64,000 nt of DNA from Candidatus Bathyarchaeota archaeon (GTDB lineage Archaea > Thermoproteota > Bathyarchaeia > Bathyarchaeales > Bathyarchaeaceae), in the NCBI GenBank assembly GCA_963697165.1, contig CAVOMX010000012.1, positions 139,110-203,109 on the forward strand, given 5' to 3'. Made by a program: the position numbers and the translations under genes. The notes below the pieces were generated by a model. That model was not told the DNA's origin, did not search any database, and saw nothing but the letters and a program-made list of their open reading frames with translations. The number at the start of each line of letters is the position of its first letter. The stretch's first letter is position 1. This document shows positions 1 through 11,126 of the stretch, piece after piece.

Positions 1-3000
1 TCCAATAGTAAACGCTTGATACTTTGGAAATCCGTTGGTCGAAGAATTCATTGGTATCCAGATTTGCATTCCAAGAGGCAAAATAAACGAGTCAGTGAAT
101 ACTATTGGGTTTTTGATAATGTTTCCATCATCGTCTCTCAAAGGTTCAACGCCTTCAAGCGGGTCTTCTCCTGAGCCTCCAACAAATCCTCCTCCGTCTC
201 CGCCTCCTATCTGAAGTTCAGAAAGGTCTGTTTCTCCAGAAAATATGGAAAGTATACGAGATGAAACATTGTAGGCAGCCATTTCGTATTCAGGAGTAAA
301 GAATTGATCCCAACCTTTTTTGGTTAACACTTCTAGTTCTTCATCAGAAAGGTCTGAAAGAGCAGATTCCCTAATTCCATCAGGCAGATCACCTAAATAA
401 AACGGGTAACGCCAATTAGGATCTGAATAGTCTGAGGCGTTTCCTCGAATTTGTTCGGCTTTGAATTCTCCAATTCCAATTGGAACAAAACTGGTTGCAG
501 CATCAAAATCTGAAGAACTGGGATCCTTTAATGATACAAACTTTGTGAAGTCTTGTCCTGGTCTGAAAGTTTTGAATCCTATTATGTCTGTTATTCGATC
601 GTCAAGTTTGTAAACTTGGTCTGTATATGAAGTGTCAGGAATTATTGCTTCGGGTTTGTTTAGGAATATTACCATGTCAACGCCTTTGCTATCTTCTTCA
701 AGTTGAATTGCAGTTCCTAAGCTTGTGGGAATCAATGTGGCAACCAGCACGTTAAGCGTTAATATGACTGCAAAAATTGCAAATGTTAACGTAGAACGGG
801 TAATATGGGATGAAATTAGTGATGGAGATATTTGGGCAACGCCTTTTACTCCTCGAATTTTTATCAGAACATTCCTTAGGCCTCGCATTAAAATAGGTAG
901 ATTGAGTGCGACAAATAGGATTGATCCGATCATTATTTCGATAATTCCCAAAATTAGGATATCAATAGATAGACCTGTTATGTCTGTTACCCAGTTGCCC
1001 ATAGCTACAACAAATAGGATTGACGGAATAACCCAAAGGGTAATTGCTGCTATGTTGAAAGCTTTTACCCTGTCTATATATTTGGAGAGGACAAGACCTA
1101 AGCCTCCTGTTAATAGGCCAAATCCCATCATTAGAGATCTCCATTCGTTAAGGGTGTCCCATCCTTCACTGGTCCAGAAGACTTGGTAGGATTCTTCGAT
1201 TATTCCGTTATTTATTAGAAGAATTATTCCGCCTGCAATCATTAGTACTCCTAATGCTGCTAGGTTTCGGCTTGATTTTTCTTTGAATTCTACTTTTATT
1301 CCACGTAGAGCTTCTACGATTTTGACTCGTGATGCCCTTAAGGCAGGAAGAATTCCGGTTATAATGCTTAAGACTACACCGATTATTACAGACAATATGA
1401 CTGCTTCTTGAGAAATAACTGGTTGAACACTAAGCTCCCCAGTTCCAAATAGGCTTACTAGATACATTGCTACAGCTTGGCCAAATGCTAATCCTCCAAT
1501 TAGACCTACGATTCCTCCGATTATTCCTTGGAACAAGTTTTCAATTATTATTGACTGAAAAATGCCGCTACGATTAGCACCTACTGCTCGTAGTACTCCT
1601 GTTTGAAACTCTCGGTCTTCTACACTCATCAATTGAACGTTGGTTATTAGCAAAATTCCGGTCATTGTGATTAAGAACCCTAATGCAGTTAGCATTGTGC
1701 TCATTAATGTGATGAAGAATTCTGCAAAAGTAGTAAAATCAAGTCGGTTCGATGTAACTTGGTAGATTTTTTGGGTGTTTCCTGTCTGAGGGTTTATCTC
1801 TTCGGGAATTGTGTTTTCTACTTGTTCTAGTTTGTTTCGCAAGAAATCTTCGTCTATACCTAAAATAAAGTGGTCAGATTTGTAGCTCACTAGAAATGTG
1901 CTGATTATGTCTGTTTCTTTCTTTGGGTCCTGTAGACTTAGCCAGTTTTGTAGATAATCTAGTCTTATTATGCCTCCTGAGTATTGGGAGCTGATTCCGG
2001 GACGGTTCGAATCAAAAATGCCGACTACATTCATTTCTATTTTTGAAATTTCAGGAGTAAATGAAATAATTGGTACTCTTTGGGTTCCATTTGGAGTTAA
2101 AGTTTCAAAGGCAATTTCTGTTATTTCAATACTGGCTGGAGTTCCATCAAAACTTACAATTCCTAGGAAGGCATCTCCTCTTAGAACTCTTCCAGTATAA
2201 GGTGTTAAATCAAAAGTTGAATTATTAAGTGTGATTAAATCGGTCCAGTTTGCCACATCAAGGGTGCTGCCATCATCTAAGGAGAAACCTAACATAATTC
2301 CTGTGTTGTAGGTTCCTGTCGCTGTTACATTGACGTAATTATAATTTGACAAATTTAATGATGGACAGTTAATGGTGTAAATCATAACTGTGCCTGTGAA
2401 GTTAATTGGTTGAATTTCAAGGCTTAGACTAGCGTTATTGCTGTTTAGAACGTAATTGGTGGTTGTGAAATTAGCGTTTATTGTCCATTCAGTCAAAGGA
2501 ACAACTGGTGGAGTAAAAGTAGCTGAAAGGTTAGTGAATTCAGTAGTTAAAGTCACCGGTAATGGTGTATCTTCGTTAAGTCCAAAGGTTTCAGCTTGAT
2601 CGCTGGATAGTAAGATGCTTTTATTGTCGTTTAATAGATTGTTTATGTCCATTTGTTGTTGGGTTTTCCAGTCATAAAATATTCCAAAGGCATCGGGGTA
2701 ATCTGTTGGAATTCCTGAAAGTTTCATTTTAGGATCAAATTGGCTAGATATTAATGCAGGAACATCAGCTGATAATTCGGGCATAACTCCTAATGCATCA
2801 GGAACTAGATTGTTTACGGTTTCTTGATCACTGATGCTCAGATATCCGCCATTGGTAACGTTCATTATTCTAAGATCGACTTCTCCTTCACCTTGAAGAA
2901 TACTTGTTATGAAAGAATTTTCTAAAGTATCAGTTGTTATAGTAATTCCTACAAGCAAAGTAACTCCTAATGTAACAGCCAAAATTGCGCTAAGATTCTT

Positions 3001-3057
3001 TGTTTTTCTTCGGGATAACGATCTCCATGCAATCATAAAACTAGATTTTAAACCCAA
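1..3057 (-). CDS. Large FtsX/MacB-like ABC transporter permease, >1000 aa, 3' end outside the window
   Basis: Manual translation from TTG at 3057 gives MGLKSSFMIAWRSLSRRKTKNLSAILAVTLGV...; internal segment LMSVEDREFQTGVLRAVGANRSGIF is FtsX-like. Absent from the ORF track because no stop lies in the window. Confidence 0.85.
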   Translation of the reverse strand, partial: MGLKSSFMIAWRSLSRRKTKNLSAILAVTLGVTLLVGITITTDTLENSFITSILQGEGEVDLRIMNVTNGGYLSISDQETVNNLVPDALGVMPELSADVPALISSQFDPKMKLSGIPTDYPDAFGIFYDWKTQQQMDINNLLNDNKSILLSSDQAETFGLNEDTPLPVTLTTEFTNLSATFTPPVVPLTEWTINANFTTTNYVLNSNNASLSLEIQPINFTGTVMIYTINCPSLNLSNYNYVNVTATGTYNTGIMLGFSLDDGSTLDVANWTDLITLNNSTFDLTPYTGRVLRGDAFLGIVSFDGTPASIEITEIAFETLTPNGTQRVPIISFTPEISKIEMNVVGIFDSNRPGISSQYSGGIIRLDYLQNWLSLQDPKKETDIISTFLVSYKSDHFILGIDEDFLRNKLEQVENTIPEEINPQTGNTQKIYQVTSNRLDFTTFAEFFITLMSTMLTALGFLITMTGILLITNVQLMSVEDREFQTGVLRAVGANRSGIFQSIIIENLFQGIIGGIVGLIGGLAFGQAVAMYLVSLFGTGELSVQPVISQEAVILSVIIGVVLSIITGILPALRASRVKIVEALRGIKVEFKEKSSRNLAALGVLMIAGGIILLINNGIIEESYQVFWTSEGWDTLNEWRSLMMGFGLLTGGLGLVLSKYIDRVKAFNIAAITLWVIPSILFVVAMGNWVTDITGLSIDILILGIIEIMIGSILFVALNLPILMRGLRNVLIKIRGVKGVAQISPSLISSHITRSTLTFAIFAVILTLNVLVATLIPTSLGTAIQLEEDSKGVDMVIFLNKPEAIIPDTSYTDQVYKLDDRITDIIGFKTFRPGQDFTKFVSLKDPSSSDFDAATSFVPIGIGEFKAEQIRGNASDYSDPNWRYPFYLGDLPDGIRESALSDLSDEELEVLTKKGWDQFFTPEYEMAAYNVSSRILSIFSGETDLSELQIGGGDGGGFVGGSGEDPLEGVEPLRDDDGNIIKNPIVFTDSFILPLGMQIWIPMNSSTNGFPKYQAFTIG

Positions 3058-3082
3058 ATTATTCACCAATTAATATATTATT

Positions 3083-3643
3083 TCATTCTACAAACATATT
3101 GGAAGAATTCTGAAAATTATTTTTCATTCTTTGGACAATTTTTTCAAGTTTGTCATAACAATCGTTCAGGGATGCTGATATTTCTTCAACTTCCTTTTCT
3201 GAAATCCTGTCAGCATTTTGGCGTAATACGATTAATGACTTCATTACGTTCTTAGCAGATTCTTTTGTCTTGCGAAATCTTTCATTTTTATCCTCAAGGT
3301 CGAAACCACCAACTAACATAGGTGCAAGGAATTCAATTCGTTTTATGAAATCCTGTCCAAATGCTATTTGTTTTTCAAAGAATCTTTTTCCTTCATCTGT
3401 AAAACTATATCTTTTAAATCCCTGATCATCCGTAGGTAACTCTATAGTTAACCCTTTTTTGTTTAACCGAGCTAGGAGAGGATAAATTGATCCTGAACTG
3501 GGTTTCCAGCTTCCAGTTTGTTTTTCAATTTCTTCCACAATTTCTGCTCCAGACATGGGTTTTTCGTTAATCATCTTTAAAACTAAAAATTTGAGAAGAC
3601 CTCTAGGAACGCCTACTGTTCTAGATTTCCTAGTAAAAGTCAT
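3083..3643 (-). CDS. PadR-family transcriptional regulator
   Basis: GLLKFLVL...MSGAEIVEEIEKQTGSWKPSSGSIYPLLARL wHTH signature; directly upstream of the permease. Confidence 0.9.
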   Translation of the reverse strand: MTFTRKSRTVGVPRGLLKFLVLKMINEKPMSGAEIVEEIEKQTGSWKPSSGSIYPLLARLNKKGLTIELPTDDQGFKRYSFTDEGKRFFEKQIAFGQDFIKRIEFLAPMLVGGFDLEDKNERFRKTKESAKNVMKSLIVLRQNADRISEKEVEEISASLNDCYDKLEKIVQRMKNNFQNSSNMFVE

Positions 3644-3732
3644 TTAATCACATCGTAATGTCACTAGCAACATCACTTGAAATATAAAAATGTTATGAAT
3701 TTCGGTTCTGCTTTGTACACGTTTCAACTGTT

Positions 3733-4762
3733 CTAGTGCATTTGTTTCATTTTCAATTTGAAATCCTGCAGTGTTGACTGAAAATCGTTTCTTATGAAAC
3801 CGCCTTTAACAAGCTCAGAATCTTTTACGCGCCTCTTGGACTGAAACACAAGCCTCTTTTTCCATATTTTGGGCAAAGTTGCAATCGGATTAATAACGCC
3901 CTTCAGGGTTGCTTTTGCCTCATCATGTTTTTTTACAGCAAAAAAACCTGCAGAAACAATAAACGTGAAAAAAGTCAAAACCGAAAATCTCCACCAGACG
4001 TTTCTAAGTTCATAGTTCTTGAGTACAGTATTCAATCGATTTTTAGAAGAATAATAAAGCATCATTCCGCTTACTCCCCTTAGAACGCCGCCGCGATGAA
4101 TCACCACAGCGGATGGAACAAACATTACCTTATAACCCAGCAATCTTGTACGAAGAGAAAGGTCGGTATCATCATCATATATGAAATAGTCAGCGTCAAA
4201 GCCTCCAACTTGGTCAAAAACGTCTCTTCGAGCAATACAGCAACCTGAAGACGCCGCTAAAATCTCAAAATTTTCTTTAAGCATTTCTTCTTTTGAGCCA
4301 TAGTTTGCAGCCCACGTTCCCAAAGCGTCAACAGCAACGCAAACATAGTCTAAACAACGTTTGTCTTCTGATAACACAATTTTAGCTTGCGCTAATCCGA
4401 CTGTTTTATCCTTTTCCATGACATTAACTAGTTCGCAGAGCCAATTTTTTTCCTCGAATTCTATGTCACTATCCAAAAAAACAATGTATTGTCCTTTAGT
4501 CATTCTTGCGCCGATGTTGCAGCCCTCAGAATGTCCTACATTCTCACGTGTTTTCAACAATTTTTATTCGAGGATTTGAACCAAAAGAAGCTTCTATCTC
4601 CGCGAGGCTTCCGTCTGTCGAAGCATTATCAACAACAACTACTTCATAGTTAGGATAATCTGTATCCAAAAGAGTTTGTAAACACTGCCTCAAGAGATCT
4701 TTCCCATTAAAATTCACGATTACAACCGAGACAGAAGGGAAGCTCTCACTCTTTTTTGACAC
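3733..4762 (-). CDS. Glycosyltransferase family 2 (frameshift near 4550)
   Basis: SVVIVNFN...VVVDNASTDGS, FLDSD and GGFDADYFIYDDDTDL across ORFs 4544-4762 and 3733-4560. Confidence 0.9.
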
Positions 4763-4914
4763 AACTATTCACCATACGAAACAAAACTTTAGCTTGGTTC
4801 CAGCACGTTTTCTCGTTTCAATAAAGTATTGGGCTAACTTAAAGCCTTTTTTGGCACAAACAATAAATTGTTTTCTATGCTGATTCTACGAAAGCGTAAA
4901 TAGAAGCGATTCTG

Positions 4915-5946
4915 ATGGACAACTACAAAACATCCTCCTTCGGTCACTGTTATAGTTCCTGTACGGAATGGAGAACAAACTATCCAACCGTTACTTGAGT
5001 CTCTCCAAAAGCTGGACTACGACAGAAACAAAGTAGAGGTGATTGTAGTTGACGGAAACTCTACAGACAAAACTCGAGAAATAGTCAAAGAATACCCCGT
5101 GAATCTTGTTGTTGAAAAAAGAAACGGATTAAACATTGCAAGAAACACAGGAATAAAATGCAGCAACGGAGAAATCGTTGCATTCACTGACTCCGACTGC
5201 ATAGTGCCTCAAAACTGGATAACAAAAATCGTCGAGAACTTCAAAGACCCCAAAGTCGGCTGCGTAGGTGGAAGCACAAAAGCTCTTGACAACGATTTTG
5301 TTTCACAATATGCTGACAACAGCATAGTACAGACTGATGCCATTCTTCAGGAAACGGGAAGAACTTGAAAAAGTGAAACCGTTCTTCCGACATCCAGCAG
5401 GATGCAACATGGCTTTTAGACGAAAAGTAGCCGAGAAAGTCGGATATTTTGACGAGAATATTCAGTATGGCTTTGATGAAGTTGAGTTTGCAGACAGAGT
5501 TTGCATGGCAGGTTACAAGATGGTTCTGGACCCCGAAGTTTCGGTCTGGCACAAGCATCGAGCAACACTTGGAGACTTTATGAAACAAAACTTTCAGTAT
5601 GGCAAAGGAAGCGGATTGGTGCTTAAAAGAAACAGGTTGAAGGACGCGGTTTCTAGATGGGCGTTTCTGGGACTAATTGGTTTCATAAGTTGGCTGATGA
5701 TAGTTGGATCGTTATCGTTTCTAACTCTTACGTCAAGTTCCAGCATTTTCCAATTGGTTACTCTTCGGGTTCACTGGCTTGCCCCTAATCATATTGGCGT
5801 CAGTTTATGTATATCGAGCAGTTCAGAACAAAAAATTTGCCAGAATTGTAACATACCCGTTTATTGATCTCTTCAGAACGCTTTCTTTCTGTTGTGGACA
5901 AGTTTATCAACTTTTTAAAAGGACTCGAAACGTAACAGAGTGTTAG
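4915..5946 (+). CDS. Glycosyltransferase family 2 with C-terminal membrane segments (several frameshifts)
   Basis: VTVIVPVRNGE, IVVDGNSTD, AFTDSD and GCNMAFRR across overlapping frames. Confidence 0.85.
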
Positions 5947-6177
5947 CTCCTAAACGTCGGCACTATGTCCGTGAACAAAAACATTCCCAAATAGTAAACA
6001 TATCTGCTCCTGCAACTTTTCTTAAATTACTCGTATCCCCTTTTTTCTTAGTCAAGGAGAGGGTAACTTGCTTTGGATTTTGAGTCTGAAGGCTACGTTT
6101 ACAACCTGTTCGAAGCGTTAATTGACCTTGTACGTGGAGAAAAACGCAAAAAACTACATTTGCCAAATGCCTGATTT

Positions 6178-6402
6178 GTGGTTGCCTTAGCCAATTCAGA
6201 CCGAAATCCAATAGCATGCAAGTTCACAGATCTTTACTGCAATAACTGCGGAATCATCATCTCTTTTGGCACAAAAGGAAAGGATCCTCAAATAAGCGAA
6301 CATGCCAAAATATTTTGTGAAAACTGTGAAGACGACTGCAGAAAATGTCAAATCAACAAATTAGCCAACGAAAAGTTATTAAAAGACATTAACCGCAAAT
6401 AA
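6178..6402 (+). CDS. Small Cys-rich (Zn-finger-like) hypothetical protein
   Basis: Three CxxC motifs (CNNC, CENC, CRKC). Confidence 0.45.
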   Translation: MVALANSDRNPIACKFTDLYCNNCGIIISFGTKGKDPQISEHAKIFCENCEDDCRKCQINKLANEKLLKDINRK

Positions 6403-6506
6403 ACATATTGTAGACTCAAAAAACAGCTTATTTTTTAATAAGAAAAAAATCTAATTACAGTTACCAAAATGGTAACTGAAACAAGGAAAATGAAAAAGAA
6501 GTATTT

Positions 6507-7058
6507 TTAGTATCTTCTTCGCTGGTATCCGCCGTCGTTGCCGCCGCTTCTTCCGCCACCGCCGTATCCGCCGCCGCCTCTACCGCCGTAGCCACCGCCG
6601 CTTCTCCGCCACCGCCGTATCCGCCGCCGCCTCTACCGTAGCCACCGCCGCCGCCTCTGTTGAAGCGTCTCTCTTGTTCGTATCGTTTGTCTGAAATGTT
6701 GTTTTCTGTGTTGACTTTAGATGATTGGCGAATCTTCTACTATTTCGTAGCTGCCATATTTTCCGATGTTTAGGCGTATGTTTCCTCTGAAGAGGTTTAT
6801 GTAACCGTTAGTGATGCTTAGTGTGGCTTCTTCGTTTATTGCGTCTATTTTGTCATCCCAAAGGGTCATGTATACACATCCAGTCTCGTCGCCAACTAAC
6901 GCATCTGCAACTCGTCGTACAGAATAATCACGTCCAGTGACGCTCCTGATTTCACCCTTAGAAACTACTTTCACGATGGTGTTGACGCCTCTAGAATTGG
7001 GGGTCAACGTTTCAATTTTTACCAGTTCTTCACTTTCAGATGGTTCTTCACCTGACAT
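6507..7058 (-). CDS. ssb: Single-stranded DNA-binding protein (single OB fold, crenarchaeal type) with Gly/Arg/Tyr-rich tail; frameshifts near 6720 and in the tail
   Basis: VADALVGDETGCVYMTLWDD...RLNIGKYG OB fold; shifted frame continues VNTENNISDKRYEQERRFNRGGGG...GYQRRRY stop. Confidence 0.85.
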
Positions 7059-7250
7059 TTAATCTACATCCGATTTACATGGTCATTTAGAGCGGTTCTT
7101 AAAGATTGTGGTATAACCCCATAGACCACAAAAACTTGAAACATAACGTTTGAATCAAAAAACGGTAAAATAAACCAAAATTAGCCAATCAGCAAGTCAC
7201 TCACAATTTATAAGTTCCCTCACTGCAACTCTTTACTCGATGGTGTTTCT

Positions 7251-8737
7251 ATGAATGGGCAAAGAAAATTTCAGGAACCTAGAGCATCTGTTCCCATCGA
7301 AAAAATTGACGATTACCACTGGCAAATACCCACAAGCTACAAGTCTGGTATGCGTGTTCCCGGTATGGTCTTTGCTGACGAGCAACTCATCGAAAAAATA
7401 AAACTGGATCGAACACTTGATCAGTGCGCCAATGTTGCTCACTTACCCGGAATTTACAAGTATGCGATTACGTTGCCTGATGGTCATGAAGGGTATGGTT
7501 TTCCGATAGGCGGGGTTGCGGCTACAGACTATAATGAAGGCGTGATTAAGTCCAGGGGGCGTGGGCTACGACATCAACTGTGGTGTGCGTCTATTAACAA
7601 CGAACCTTTCTGAAAGCGATGCTAGACCATACCTTGCTGGCCTCACCAACTCCATATTCAATAATGTTCCCAGCGGACTTGGTAGCTGCCGCAAAGACTT
7701 CCGACTGAACCTGCATGAACTTGACCAGCTGGTTACGGAGGGGGTGTCTTGGGCAGTAGATAAGGGGCTTGGACGGTCTGAAGACATCAAACACTGTGAA
7801 GAAGAGGGATGTATGGAAGGCGCTAACCCTGACAAGATTTCGTCAAAAGCCAAGCAAAGGGGTCTTCCTCAAAGTGGCACCCTCGGTTCAGGAAACCATT
7901 TCCTAGAAATCGGAAAGGTTGACAAAATCTACGACAATAAAGTGGCTAAAACCTTCGGCGTCACACATGAGGGACAAGTTACAGTTCTGATTCACTGTGG
8001 CTCACGCGGATTCGGACATCAAATCTGTTCAGACTATCTGCGTGTCATGGAACGAGCCGTCCAAAAATATGGCATCTCATATACCCGACAGGGAACTCGC
8101 CTGTGCACCAGCCACAAGCAACGAAGCCCAAGATTATTATCAGGCTATGGCATGCGCAGTCAACTACGCTTTTGTGAATCGTCAAGTTATCACACATTGG
8201 GTTCGCCAGAGCTTTGAAGAGATTTTCAAGAGATCAGCGGAAGACTTGGGTTTGAATCTGGTCTACGATGTTGCCCATAATATCGCAAAGAGTGAAGAAC
8301 ACACTATAGACGGGAAGCGAACCAAAGTTTGGACTCACAGGAAAGGAGCGACAAGATCGTTTCCGCCTGGACACAAGGACGTTCCAGCCGATTACCGTTC
8401 TGTGGGACAGCCTGTCATTATACCCGGAAGTATGGGCACAAGCTCGTGGCTGCTGGCGGGAACGGCTAAAGCTATGGATGTTTCTTTTGGTTCCACGGCT
8501 CATGGAGCTGGTCGCATGTTGAGCAGATCGGCTGCGAAGCGAAGGTTCTGGGGCGGAGACGTAAAACAGGCGCTGGAGGGTCGAGGAATCGTTGTCAGAG
8601 CAGCCAGTTCTACTATTTTGGCTGAAGAAGCTGATTTAGCATACAAGGATGTGGACAGAGTAGTGGACGTGAGCGATAAGGCGGGAATCGCAACCCGTGT
8701 TGCCCGCTTGGTTCCACTGGGAGTCGTAAAAGGATAA
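7251..8737 (+). CDS. rtcB: tRNA-splicing ligase RtcB (frameshifts near 7550 and 8080)
   Basis: [59 protein letters not shown] and AYKDVD motifs. Confidence 0.97.
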
Positions 8738-8746
8738 AACTGGCAT

Positions 8747-9641
8747 TTAGTGCTTCTGTTGGGTTCGCAGTAGATGGAACAGGTATTCCTGTGCGTATCC
8801 TGCATATCTTCCAAAATATTGTCTCCCAAAGGAGCCTATAGTTTCGTATTCCTTAGGTGTGGGTGAGCCTTTGCTGGCGACTCGTTTAATGAACGAAGAG
8901 TCAAAGTGGCAGGTATAGAGACTTGTGGCTGCCCTCTTCATCCATACATCTATAGGAAAAGCCTCAAGCTTCTCTAAAGAAAAGAGAAGAACGCAGTCAG
9001 CAACTTTATGTCCCACTCCTGGTAAACCCAAAAGGGTTCGTTTAGCCTCCAAATAGTCCATGTTCTTCAAAGACTCAAGAGATAGTTCCCCGTTGTCAAT
9101 CATTTTTGCGGTCTCCAAAACTCGCTCAGCCCTGAAACCTAAACCACAACTTCGCAATTCTTCGATGCTGACTTGTGCTAGGTCTTCTGGCTTCGGAAAA
9201 GTGTAAAAAGTGTAGACGATCAAACGCCAACTTTTTTCCAAACTGTATGCAGATGCTATTGATCATTCTTTTGATGGCTGGGATACTCTTGTATGTTGCA
9301 CAGATGTAAGAGATGAGGCACTCCCACGGTTCTTGCCTGCATAATCTCAGTCCACAGAAAAGTCTGATTGCCTCTCGAATATTCTCATCTTTGTTTATCT
9401 CAGACAGAATAGATGCTAAGTCATCGTCTAATCTCAAGTAATTCTCGATAAATCCGTGTTTTTTTGTTTCTGGAAAAATCTGAAAAATCAGCCTTTCGTT
9501 GCACTGTTTTATCTTAATCACTCTGTCTGCAACAGTGCCATACCACCAATCATCCAGTTTTTTCCATCGAAAAAGTTGACCACAATTCAAGGTGTGCTCT
9601 AAGCTGAAGGGACCAGATGACCTGTTCAGCTTAAGTTCCAT
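8747..9641 (-). CDS. ogg1: 8-oxoguanine DNA glycosylase (Ogg1-type, HhH-GPD), frameshift near 9210
   Basis: TLNCGQLFRW N-domain; LPGVGHKVADCVLLF...FPIDVW; FGRYAGYAQEYLF. Confidence 0.92.
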
Positions 9642-9651
9642 GGCGTTTCCT

Positions 9652-10249
9652 TCAGCAAGTTGGTTCAGTCTGCAGGAACGGATTGTGCCTCTTTTCGTCG
9701 CCTATGGTAGTGAATGACTCGTGTCCGGGATATACCTTGAAACTGTCGGGCAAACACAAAAGCTTGGTCTTAATCGACCGTATTATCTCTTCGAATGATC
9801 CTCCGGGAAAGTCGGTTCTGCCTATAGAACCCGCGAAAAGTGTATCTCCAGTAAAAACAATGTTGTCTCCTACGAGGCATATGCCGCCTTTTGTGTGTCC
9901 GGGCGTGTGAAGAACAGCCAGCTTGAAATTGCCTACATGTATGCCGTCTCCGTCGTGGAGCTTCTGGTCTGCATTTACACGTCCAGAATGGCTTTCATGG
10001 ATAAGTATGAGCGCATCTGTTGCCTCTTTGATGAAACCGTTTCCGGATATGTGATCGGGGTGACCATGAGTGTTTATGACATATTTTACGTGGAAGCCGT
10101 TCTGTTTTATGAAATCCAAAATCTCTTCTAGCTTCATTTTTGGTTTCTAATCCCGGGTCAATAATCGCCGCTTCTTTGGTTTCTTCGCAGCCTGCGACAT
10201 AACAGTTTGTGGATAACCACCCAACCTTGAAGCATTCTATGATCATCAA
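9652..10249 (-). CDS. MBL-fold metallo-hydrolase (glyoxalase II-like), frameshift near 10135
   Basis: THGHPDH, HTPGHT, FTGDTLF and YPGH motifs. Confidence 0.92.
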
Positions 10250-10400
10250 TATACCTCACTGAAAGTTGACGACAACTCCTATTCAAAAAGGGAACCACAT
10301 TATAAAACATACTGAATTTTAGAGCAGAGTATCTTCAGATTAACTCTCTAAACTAGATTTCATGTAAAGTCTTAATTCACACGCTTTAGTATATGATCTG

Positions 10401-11120
10401 GTGGAATGGAAGATGAGTCAGCAGGCTTGGGAAGGACTTATTCAAAAATTGGCTAGAACCGGTATCCTCCAGTCGCCAAATGTCATCAGAGCATTGCGTC
10501 AAGTTTCACGGAGCCAATTTCTTCCTGAAAACGTGAAAGCTAATGCAGCCATGGACTGCCCGCTTCCGATAGGGTCAGGCCAAACAGCTTCCGCGCCTCT
10601 CAGTTTACACAGTGTGGTCAACTGGGCGAAACATGGTAGCTATAATGGATGAAGCCCTTGATTTGGAAGTGGGACACAAGGTTCTGGAGGTGGGTGCAGG
10701 TTCAGGCTGGCACGCTGCCACCATAGCTGAGATAGTGGCTCCGTCGGATGCGCCTAAGGAAGAGTGGGGACACGTCTACACGGTGGAGAGAATACCAGAG
10801 TTAGCCGCGTTTGCCAAAGACAACATTACGAAGGCAGGGTATGGAAACCGAGTCACCGTAATCCATCAGGATGGAACATTAGGGTACATCCTGAAGAGAC
10901 TCCATATGATCGTATCCTAGTTGCGGCGGCTGGTCCAGAGGTGCCCAAACCTTTGATTCAACAGTTAGGCGAGGATGGAATCCTTCTTGTTCCTGTGGGA
11001 GGCGCCCAATTCTACCAAACTTTGATTAGACTCAGAAAAGAGAACGGAAAAACAATTGAGGAAAACTTGGGAGGAGTCGCCTTCGTACCTCTAATCGGTA
11101 AATACGGCTTCGAACCGTAA
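10401..11120 (+). CDS. pcm: Protein-L-isoaspartate O-methyltransferase, interrupted by a 31-nt BHB intron; a separate small indel near 10888
   Basis: [13 protein letters not shown][H][38 protein letters not shown]. Confidence 0.95.
10600..10630 (+). other. Putative bulge-helix-bulge (tRNA-type) intron in pcm mRNA, 31 nt
   Basis: Central helix CGCC(10594-97)/GGCG(10625-28); 3-nt bulges TC|T and AA|A; inner helix CAGTT/AACTG; splicing gives TCC GCG CCT CAC ATG GTA = SAPHMV in frame. Confidence 0.88.
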
Positions 11121-11126
11121 ATGACA

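Noticed and set aside
725..2200. Plus-strand ORFs 725-1189 and 1970-2200
   Set aside because: Antisense shadows of the long minus-strand permease
7545..8090. Frameshifts in rtcB as possible introns or programmed frameshifts
   Set aside because: Each is about a single-base excess with no BHB or insert; similar indels hit essential genes throughout the window, consistent with long-read error
10880..10895. Second pcm frameshift as another intron
   Set aside because: Only about 2 extra nt (GGG TACAT CCT) and no BHB structure; likely sequencing error
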